64,000 bases of DNA, from assembly GCA_948806215.1 (NCBI GenBank), contig CAQIDI010000003.1, positions 27,948 to 91,947 of the forward strand. The letters run 5' to 3'. The notes under the pieces are model-generated. The model ran no database searches and was not told the origin of the DNA. It saw only the letters and a list, made by a program, of their open reading frames with translations. Source of the stretch: an uncultured Eubacteriales bacterium (GTDB taxonomy: Bacteria; Bacillota; Clostridia; Christensenellales; UBA1242). Every line of letters begins with the position of its first letter. Positions within the stretch are counted from its first letter, which is position 1. The position numbers and the translations under genes are program-made. Shown here piece by piece: positions 38,901 through 50,900 of this stretch.

Positions 38901-41900
38901 TTACTTTTAATAAAGCACCTGTTAAATTTGTTGTGTTAGTAACCTTAACATAGAAATTAGCCAATATTCCGTTATTAACTTTTCCGCTAAATCCCGAAAC
39001 ACTTGGAACACCTTTTCTTGATTTATTAATCAATACACCATTAAATGTATTATCGTTAAAACTAAACTCGTAGTTTTTGTTTAAGGTAGATGTGCCAGAT
39101 TCGTTAATAATGTAATACTTATTAGCCAAAATATCTTTTCTAACTGAAGTTTGATTTGAAGCGGAACTAATAATTTCTGGGTTTAGTTTGTTACCAGAAC
39201 TTGCAATGTTATTAGCCTCCATTTCACGATAAACAACATTAACAGGAATAACATTTTGTAAGTAAGGAATTTTTATTGTGGTTTCTAACCTACTAAAGTT
39301 ACCAGAATTATTTCCAGTTTGTAAATAAGCTAATAGCAAGTTAGAAGAACTATCGTTTTCAATTAAGTTACCATAAGATATTCCACCAAATTTAACACTA
39401 TCTGATTTTGCACTTATAATAACCTTACCAATTTCTGTTGTACCATTTAATAGATTTTTAGTGTTTGTGTATGGGAAGAATTCGTGAATATAGAACACCT
39501 TATCAAACATTGCAACATCAAAACTTTGAATGTGACCAATTCCGTTAATAAATTCGTTTGTAGCAAAAGTTCCATTGTTTGAAATAAATAAGTCGTCATC
39601 GTTAGCATTTTTAGCATTGAACACACGAGTTAATGTGTATCCATTACTAAATCTTATAGCGTTACTTGTTATTGAGCCAACAACACCACCAATAAATTTA
39701 TTAGTGTTTGGAACAGAAGCATTAACATAAATATCTCCATAGGAAATAAAGTTATTTATCATTCCTTCTTTTTCGCTAGTAGAAAGCGAGGTTTTACCAA
39801 ACAACCCACCAACACTATAGTTATTGTTTGTTTTTATTGCTATATCACCAATGTTAAACACATCTTCGTATTTACCACCAATAATTGTTCCTGCAACACC
39901 ACCAACATTTAAGTTCGATGCAGTTGTGCTGTTGTTAAACGCTCTTATATAACCTTGGTTATATGCTCTTAATATTCCGTTACGATTATTTGAATTTCTT
40001 GCATACCCAATAATTCCACCAACATCTAGTGTTCCACCATTAACTGTTGCGTTAATGTTAGATGCATTACCAGATGTAATGTTGTTATTGTTATTTCCAG
40101 TTATTGTTGAGTTATTAATAAATCCTGCAACACCACCAACCGTTGTTTGTAAATTAGTTGTGGCATTATATACATTAATGTTTTTATTAATAATTTTTAA
40201 TTCCGGAGAAGTATTATTTAAAGTGTTATAGTAGTTGTTCATAACAACATTTAAGTTAGAAGAATTAGCATAACCAACAATTCCACCAACATTAAGTTTT
40301 GTTGATACACTGTTGTTATTAGCATTACCAACAACAACTCTGCCTGCATAATTTGCATTTACCATTGTTGAAGCATCTAAATTTCCAACAAGGCCACCAA
40401 TGTTATAACCGCCATCAAAGTTTGCACCACCTTCAAAAGTGTTATTAACTTTAATTTCGCCATTTATATTATAATCGCCGTTTGGTTGAACTTGATTTAT
40501 GTTTTGAACCGAGCAATCTTTTAACAAGCCTGCTAAAGTTCCAACATTAACAATTCCGCTCTTTTGGTTTTCGTTTAAAGAAATAAAGTTTTCGTTATTG
40601 TTTCCGTTGCTAGACATAATGTTAATGTTACTTAAAATTGAGCGTAAACCACTACCTACTAAAATACCAAAATTCAAGTTTTTAGTAGCATCTGGTTTAA
40701 CATCTTCAATATTAGTACTAATATCTGTTGTTATGTTAGGAGAAGCTGTTGCGTTTCCTTTTTCAAAGGTTAATTTAACATTAATATTATTTAATGTGCT
40801 ATCTTCTACACTACCAAACAACAAGCCAATGTTGTTAAAGCTGTTTCTAAACTTATTATTAATAACTTGACTTGTATTTGTATTAACACCTTGGAACACT
40901 ATTTCAACATTAATATTACTTAAAACCGAGCCTTTAACAGTTTTAGCAAGCAATCCAAAGGATGTTTGCATTGCATCTCTTTTTGATAATTGAGATGTAT
41001 AACCATCTGGAATTATTATTTTAAAGTCAACATTTTGAATTGTTGCACTTGCAATGCTATTAAAAATATTACTTAAATTATTTAACTGAGTAACAACAAT
41101 TAATGGATTTTTTCCTGCATTAGGATTTCCTATTAATGTTCCTTCAAATGCGTTACTAAACAAGTTTTCGTTTGATTGATAAGTAGAACTAGAATCTTTA
41201 GTGAAATTATAAGCTTTATTATCTGCTAAGTCAGCAGTTTCGTTTTCGCTTAATAAATAGAATTGATTTTTAGTGCTGGTTGCAATTCTTATTTGAGTGT
41301 TTAAATCTGCAACGCTTTTAATTTCGTTAAAATTAGAGAATATTCCAATAATATATGCTGGCATTAGGTTTTCATCAATCATCCAAACATTACTACCCGA
41401 ATCTGGTTTTATATCGGCTAAAGATACAACATCCCAAGCAAATCCACCAAACATATTAGAGTTTTTGCCAGTTTGACCAAAAATCGAGTTTAGATGGAAC
41501 TGATTACCAATGTTGTTTGTATAATCAACAACATCAAACACCACTTGTTTACCAGTGTTTAATTCTTCTGGAGTTGGTAATGCAGATAACGCCTCGTTAA
41601 AGAATTTGTTCATAAATTCTTCTGCATTACTTGCACCTGGATCTTCGAAGCCATCAAGAATACCATCAGGTGTCCTAAGATTGTTTTTAGTAATTTTTCC
41701 CGAATTTAGAGTTGTTGAAATTACGCTCGCAAATTCGTAATATTTACCAAATCCTGTTGTTACATTTGAAACTTTTCTTGCGGCATTAACCGAAGTTGTT
41801 AATGCTGCATTATTTATTATTTTATTGGTTTTAATATCAGCATTGGTAGTTTCTTCAACTTTACCAACTAACGAACCAATATAATACTTATATTTTAAAT

Positions 41901-44900
41901 TATTGTTTGCAGTTATATTGTTTAAGTCGCCATCGGTTACACTTGTTTCGGTTTTAGATACGCTTGTAACCGTGCCTTCGTTTTTAACAATATTAAGTCT
42001 TCCATAACTAAATGCTTGGTTGCCTATTTCCGGCATACGAGGCGAGAAGTTATAGTATCCGCCATCGCCATTATCGTAGTAACCTTGAAGATTTTCGGTT
42101 AGTTTTGCACTTACATCTTCGCCCCAATTATTTGCAGAAATTGCAAAGTCAAAAGATAATCGGAAAGCACTTGGTAAAATTTCTACTGTTTGCGAGCTAC
42201 TATCATTATTTGCCACATAAGTTACTTTTAGTTCGTCTTCGGTGCCAATAATATGCATACCAGTTTTGTTATATAACCCAACGAGTCCGCCAATAACGGT
42301 AGATGCCGAAACATTGCCAGTTGCATAAACGTGACTTAAATAGTTTGTTCTGGTTGCGATACCAATAACGCCACCAGCAACTTTTGCTTTTTCGTTAATA
42401 ACTCCAACTTTTACAAAGCTATCAACAATAATACTTTGGTCACTAAAGCCTGCAATACCACCTATTGCAACGCTTGCTTCAGAACCAAATAGGTTGTTAA
42501 CAACATTTTTGTTAGTTTTGTTATTTACAAAATCTTTATCAATGTCAGGTTGCCAATCTGCAATGTGTTGAACAGTAACTTGTTCAAGCATACCATAGTT
42601 TTCGCCAACAATACCACCTGCATAATTGTAACCCCTAATTTGTTGCACTCTTGGAGTTACGGTTTCTGATGAACCATTATCCTTAGTAACAACACCTAAT
42701 AAATAACTACTATTTTTAATATGTGTGTTTTTACCTACATAACCAAACATACCACCAGCTTGTTCGGCTGCAATAAATCCGCCACCTTGAACAGTTATTT
42801 TTGAAATTGAGTTTTCTTCTGGAGTTGAACGATGATTTTTTACATCTCCTTCAGGTATTGACACACTGGTTTTTCCTTGAGAATGTTCTGTAGGACGATT
42901 GTTAGCATCAATAACACCAGCAATACTTCCTGCATAAGAATAGTTTCTTAAAACTTCTACTGAATCGCGAGAATCTTTATTGTAACTATTAAATGCAATT
43001 TTATTACCATTATTTAATGCAACACCATAACCACTAAGTGTGCTAACTTCGCTAACACTATTACTTCTGTGTGAAGCAGTTACTGTTATGTTGTTAGTTG
43101 TAACATTATTAATAATAATTCCTGGTTTATTAACAATTAAACCCGCAAATCCACCAACTAAGTTACGGCCAACAATTTCAACATTTTCGCCTGCTGAAAG
43201 CGAAACATTAATTAATGATGTGTCGTACATCGATCCTGCAATAGCACCAACCTTAACACTTTGAGTTGCTGCAAAGCCATTAATTGTTATGTTAACATTT
43301 TGAATAGAAGGATTAATTCTTTTCTCTTGGCTTGCTTCAGAACCAATTCCTGTTGCTTCCTTTTGAGCATCACTTAAACCAACTTGGCTAAATAAACCAA
43401 AGTTTTCGTGAACGCTATCTTGTTTTAAGTCGGTTAATTTTATTCCAGTAATGCTCATACCATTACCATCTAAAACACCACCAAAAATAATATCGCTAAT
43501 TCGTTTATTATCAACAATCAAATTGTTTAGTGTTATTTCACTAAAGTTAAGGTCGTTAATAAGTCTAATGTAATAAACGCCTTCGTTATCACCAAACAAG
43601 TATAGTTCGTCACCATTATAAGGAACTGTTTTAGAGTTGTTAATAATAAATCTTACAAACTCTTCTGCAGTGTTAACAAGTAATGGGTTAATAACTTGAT
43701 TTGTTGTTCCCATTGCACCATACTGGCAATCGTCATCGTAAATATAATCGTAAATGGTTGTGTTATTTTCCTCACGAGTATCGGTTAATGTTCTATGTGA
43801 GAATGTATTAAATTTCTTAATATTAATAAGTTGTGGACCAAAGTTTTCGTCTGTTCCCAAAGTCCAAATATTGTTTGATTCGGTACCAGTTGCAAAGCTA
43901 AATCCGTTAAACGAACCTGTGTAGCGGAAAGGATTATCCTTACTACCTTCTGGATTTTTGTTTTCTTCATCACTTGAAGAATTTTCTACCTTTTTGCCTC
44001 TAATTGCTAAAGCCGGTTCATCTTCGTTGGCAACTTCGTTTTCGTAAATTAAATAGAAGCACGAAGTTAGTTCTCCAGCATTATTAAATTTGTTTTTGCT
44101 ATTAATACCAGTAAATTGACCGTGAGCTTTACTATTAAATGCGTTTGGTGAAGTTGAATAAGCATTAGTAACACGACCGGTTGCTAAGTTATCGTAAACA
44201 AAGCCACCACTACCACCACTATTGGTTTTTATTGCAATGTTAGAATATGCGTTTTCTACTCTACCTGAGTTTTCATAAATAAATCCGCCAATATTACCTG
44301 TTGCTTCTAAATATATTTCGCTTGATGCTCTATAGCTATTGGTTTTAATACCCTCAACCATAGAGTTAAAGATATAACCATTAGAACTGTTTGAAACAAC
44401 AAAACCTGCTGTTTTAGAACCACTAAATATTGTTGAAGAGTTAATTAAGCCAACACCTAAGTTATACGAGTTAGCAATAATGCCAGCGTTTTTGTTAACA
44501 AAAGCACCAATGCTTTTTCCGCCAACAATAAAGAACGGATAAGTTTGAATTCTGGTTGAACCTTCGCTAGCCAAAGCTTTTAAATCTTCACTATTACTTT
44601 GATTGCTATAATAGGTATCATTCAAGCCAATGTAGCTGTTTGAAATTGTTCCTGCATTAACACCAACAATTCCGCCAACATTGCCATCAACTAATGTTCC
44701 GTTGCTAATGTATCCAATAGTGCTATAAACAAATAGATATTTGCTAGAACTATCGTTTGCATTAGTTTGTTTTGTGTTTATAACTTTAATATTTGTTAAC
44801 GAACCATTATTAGTTCCTGCCAACATACCAAAGTTAAACGAATTAATATTGCTTAAGTTAATTTTTGCATTTCTTGTTACATTTCCATCAGCATCGGTTG

Positions 44901-47900
44901 TGCCATTTTCGTTTAATGCTTTTATTTCTGCTTTTGTAACTAACAAGTTAGCAACATCAAGAGTAACATTTTTAACAACAGTATTATTTGATATTGTTGT
45001 AAATAATCCACAATTAATATCTGAGCCACCTGTGAAGCTTGAAGTATTAAAGTTATTAATTGTTATAATATGTCCATTTCCATCAAGGCTACTAAAGTTA
45101 GCAGCAAATGGAACATAATCGTATAGGTTGATATCGTTAACTAAAATAAAGTGACCAGAAGTTTCGTTTTGTAACGCCATAAATTCTGTTACATTCGAAA
45201 TTGGATTTGGATGATCGTATGTTGAGTTATCTTTAATTATTAAAGTAAAGAAAAATTCTTGTTCGTAAACTCTATAACCAATAACATCTCCAGAACAAAG
45301 TGTTGGAATACCATATTCGTTATAATAGTAGTTTATTCTAGCACCTATAACATCAGAAGAACTTACTCGTTTTGCATTAATTGCAAAATAATGTGTGTTG
45401 TTTAAATCGTTTAATGTTTTGTTTAAGAAGCTAAAGTTATCGTATTTATTACTAAAGTTTAATAACTCGTCGGTGTTACCATTTCTAATATACCAGTTAT
45501 TAATAAAATCGTTTGTGCCGTTAAAGTTTAATCTTCCCGATGCTTCTTGTGCAAAACTATTTATTTTTGTTGATATATCCGAATTACCATTATATTTTGC
45601 ATCAACTATCAAATTCAAAATTTGATTTGTTCCATTTAGCATTTCTAATGTGTTACCAGAAGCACTTTTAATTGCACCTTGCTGCCTAATGCTATTAACA
45701 ATATATTCAACAACATTCAATGTAACTGTGCTATCTTTTGTTTCTTTTATGCCATTAATAAATCTTGAAACTCTTGCAATAACTGTTATTGTGTCGCCTG
45801 CAATAGCATTATCTTTTGCCACAATATAATACTTATTTGTATTAACATCATAATCTAAAACAACTAACGAGTTGTTTTTGCCAGATGTAACATCAAATTC
45901 AACATCGCCTTCAAAGTTGTTGGCTTCAACAGTTAATTCAACTTTTCCGCCAATGTTAATTAACGAGTTATGCTCTCCGTTAACTGTTAGATTAATGCTT
46001 GGTAGCGGTTGAACTGTTAAAGTTATATCCTTAGAATAAACTTCTTGCTTTTGACCAGCAACATTTTTATAAGCTTTTGCTGTGAATACAATGTTTGAGT
46101 TTATTGGTGCATTTTGATCTAGCCCTATTTGAACATAATAGTTACCATTATAAATTATGCTATTATTTGCAAGCATACTTTGATTAACAAGTTTAACCCC
46201 AATAAAGCCCGGCAAATATTCGGTGTTACCCGATACCGATTGATAGTTAATTACATAACCATTTTCGCCACCCTGCATAACAGCTAACTTTTGATTAAAA
46301 CTAACATAATTTTTATATTGCTCTGTTGTTGTTAATTCAACATATTCGGCTTCGTTAAATTCTGGGAATAATTCTATTTTTAAAAGTCCCATTCTTGAAG
46401 GAACAATAAAGTTTGTTTCAACTTCTTGCGGATTAAATTCGGCATCTGATCCGCTACCTGAAGTTTCTGAGTTGGCATAGAATTTTAACTTAATATCACT
46501 AACCTTTTTAGGAACAATTTTTAAATTAAATTGTTTATTTAATTCGATATTAGTTGAAGGAGAAAAACTTAACAAATACGAAATATCGTTTAAGTTATAA
46601 GTAACTCCGCCAGTTCTATTTTTATATGCTTCGGTATTAAAGCTCAATCTTAAATTAAATATTGCTTTAACTTTTTGTAAAACACCATCTTTATAAATTT
46701 TTTCGGCTGTAATGTTATTTATTTCAACATTAATTAAACTTGAGTTAGTTCCGTTATTTTCGTCAAGTAGTGAAACACTGCCAACAGTTTGATTTGTTAC
46801 AGTATCTTTAATTAACATAATAACATCTTCGTTAACAACAACTTCTTCTCCTATTAAAGAAAAGTTGCTTGTTACAACACTAACATTTAGCTCAATGTTT
46901 TGTGATGGTTCGATTGTTGCATTTGTTTTATCGATTTCTAAGCTTTCGGCTTTAGGTTTTACATTAAATAAATATTCTTTAGTTAAATCATTAATTAAAA
47001 GACAATTATTAATGGTTACATCGCCATTTGAAGAAACCAAAGTTTCACCAAAATTTTGATTTGTTAGTTTTATAAATGGTGTTAATTCGTAACTAATAAT
47101 TCCTTCGCTAACACCTGTTAAATTAAACTCTGCTAAAGAACTAAATATGTAGGTTTTGCCATTTTCTAAAACTTGATCGTTTAATTTTGCACTTCCTGTG
47201 TTAGTAGAACTAACCACTAATTTAACTCCAACATTTGGATTAACAGTATAATAACCATTATATCCGCCAGCAATAGAAGTTTCTAAATCTTCCACGCCAG
47301 AATTAATAACTATTTCAACATCTCGGTTAATAGCAGTTGCGTAATAATTGGAAGTGTTGTCAATAAATTGAGTGTGTGTAATATCATCCATTAATAAATT
47401 TGCATCGTTAGTTAAGTTTTTAGATAGATACAAATTATAATCGCTAATACCACTAACAACTAAAATTGTTATTTCATCAAAAATAGAAACATCTAGTTTG
47501 CTTGAAACTCTTAATGTAACTTCGCCTTCGGCTAAGGTTTCTAGAACCAAATCGTTAAGAATTCTTACAACATTAACATTTGAACTTGTAATAATTAAAT
47601 CGCTAGCATAGTCTGCCTGTATACCAACGCTTTCTAAGTTTGGAAGGTCTAACATTATTTGAGCCATATTAACATATTGCGTGCTAAAGTCTTCTTCGCT
47701 TAACAACAATTTATATTTGTTAACATTTTTATAATTCTTACCAGAAATATATTGGTTATTAAATAGTACCACGTGGCTTTCGTCTTGCTTAATATAGCTT
47801 AAGTTACTAAAGCTTTGGTTAATATTTAAAATGTTTGTATTAATGTGAGTTGGTAAAACTTTAAATAAAATTTCACCACTATTGTGTTTATACTTAAATA

Positions 47901-50900
47901 ACACAGGGTATCCATTATTTAAAGTGTAAATATCTCCTAAATAATGTAACCAAGTGTAAGGTATATAGTCTGCAGCTTCGGTGTTAACCGACACAATATT
48001 AAACGCATCGGTTTCAGAGTTTATAAATGATTCGGTTTTAGTTAAATCAGTTTTTATTGTTTCTTCAACTGAACTTACGCTTAGTGAAGTTGAACTAACC
48101 GAAATTTCTTCAACTCTTGTTTCGGTTATAGATAAAGTTTTTGCCAATAATTTTGTGCTGTTTGTAAATGCAACTCCACCATAATTATTAGATCCAATAT
48201 AGCTTAGGCTAACATTTACCATATAACCAAATTCTTTATAAAATTCAAAATTGTTCTTTTTAACAATTGTTGTTGTTATTGTTCCTGCAGTTTGAATGCC
48301 TGTGTCTTCGTCCTCGGCATAATCTTCACTCTTAACAATATCGGTTGATATGTCTTCACGGTTTAACTCTAAACTATTAGTTTCTGTTCCAACAAATGCA
48401 CCAACATTATCGTAAACTGTGTAGGTAATAATTGTTTCAAGATAGTTAGTATCAATAACATTATCAGTAACTTCGGTTTGCACTCTTATTAACGAATTTC
48501 CTTCCCCGGATAAAATAATAGTGCCATCGTTTTCTACTAAACTACCAATTTTATATTCGATTGTTGTTCCAACGTGAGTTAAATTCAAATCTGATTTTGT
48601 TGTAACTTGTGTTGATTTTGGTTCGTTATTTTTAATATTTCCTGTTACGTAACTATTAACAATTGTTGTTTGTTCGTTTTTGTTAACTGCGTTTGTTGAT
48701 AAATTTGTTCCACCAACCAAACCACCAGCATAAACGTTTCCGGTTAATTTTTCAAAAGTTAAGTTAATATCTGCGCTAAAGTAGCTGTTAAATATTCCAT
48801 TGGCAAAAGTGCCATTAAACATATATTCATCAAATTCTTCAGAACCTTCTGATAATGTTTTTAAAGTTAAATCTAAATTAATATCGCCAGTTAAAATAAT
48901 TCCGTAATTTGCTTGTTGGTTGCTTATTTCAGAATTGTTCAAATATCCTACTAAACCACCAACATATTTATTTTCGATGTCGGCATTATTTTTTAAAGCA
49001 ATATTTCCATAGTATTGTTCGTTATTAATACCGCTGTTATTAAAGTAACTTCTAACATAGCTATAGTAAATGTTAATGTTGTTACCTTCGCCCACAAGTC
49101 CGCCAATATTTTTCTCGCCTATTAAACTTAATGTGTTAGCACCTGTTTGACCAGCATTAGCAAATTCAACAACTGCACTATCAATAATGCTATGTTCTAA
49201 AAATCCAACAAGACCACCAACATTTGTTTTGGCCATTAAATTAGGAGCAACTGTTATATCGTTTAAGTAAGTTGAGTTAGCATAACCAAACGCCCCACCA
49301 ACATTTGCAGGAAGCAACTTTTTATTAGCATCCATACTTGTTATTGTTGCACTAACATTTAGGTTATTATAGCTACTACCCATATCACGGGAATAAACGC
49401 TAACATCTGGTTGAACAGGATTTTCGTTTTCGTTTTTAAAATCGTAACCATTAACAACGGTTGCAGTTTTAGTTTCGCTAAAAGCAATTTCGGTTATGTT
49501 ATGTTTTGCATAAGTATAAACCGAACCAGCAATACCACCAATGTTAACATTTAAATCAGTTTCGCCAGAAGTTCCAATGTGGTTAATTACAACTTCGCTA
49601 TTAACCTTGCTAGAACTTGAACTGGTTGTGCTAATTGGTAAATAAGAAATAACACCTGTAACTTTTCTTGTTATATCAATATCGCCAGCAAGCACCATAT
49701 TGGTAATATCGTAATTTTCGTAAGTAAAGCTTTCGCCAACCATACCACCAATGTTTAAATTTTTTGCTTCGCTTGTAACATTTATTACACCAGCAATACG
49801 GCTATTTAAAATTGAGCCATAGTTGCGACCTGCAATAACACCAATATCAATTTTGTTTTTGTTATTAGCATTTAAAATTTTAATATCAAATTTAACGCCT
49901 TCAAAAATTAAATTTTCAATTTCGGCGGTTTCGGATAATTCTTCAAATAAACCAATGTTGTATTCTTTATCGGAAGAAACATCCATTTGTTTTGTTAATT
50001 CAAAATCGTTAATATAATTTTGACGAGAATAACTTATACCATTAATTGAGTAACTAAATAAGCCACTAAGTCCTCCGTTAAACTTTTTAAATGGAGGCAA
50101 AGTTTCGCCTATGCTTTCTAATGCACGCAAACTAATAGTATCAGTTAAAACATAATAGTAAGAGTTATTACCCAAGTTAATATCTCTACCAATTTCTAAA
50201 AATTCTTCTGCATTAGATATTTCAAAAGGATACTCTTTTGTTCCATTTGCAACTCTAATAGGAATGTGGTTAACCGTACTAGGAGTTGCAATTCCTGTTT
50301 CTTCGTTAAATGTATAGCTATCTTCCGAAGCAAAAGTTAAAATTGTTCTACCTGCGTTAACATAAGGTTTAACAACAATTTTATTCGAAATAATACGATT
50401 ATTGCTATCAACACCACTAACTATTTTAGCAACGCTAGTATCAGCAATAAATGCAATTAAGTTTTTGTTAAATGCATCGCTTGGTTCTACATCAAAAACA
50501 ATTTCTTTTCCTTCGCCATAAATTTCATTACCAGAAATTTGATAGTCACGAGAATCAAAATAAACGCCTTTTTCTTTATCTACACTTACAATAATGTTTT
50601 GCACTTTTTTAGCATACTTAACATTAACGTTAACATTTGATGCAATAATTGGCTTGTTATATTGTTGCAAAGTTGCAGAAACAACTGCTGTTAAATTGCC
50701 TTCTTTGTAAATTTGATTAAAGAAAAGATCTGGTGAAAATGAAATATCATTATCGTGAACTAAATCGAATTTAGATTTTATGCCATCGGTATTTGAGTTA
50801 GGATTATATGCATTTTTATCAATTTTTGCATAAACATAACATTTGTTATTAGCCTTATCAACTTCTAATTCAACAAAATCGCCAACAGTAAATTCAACAT

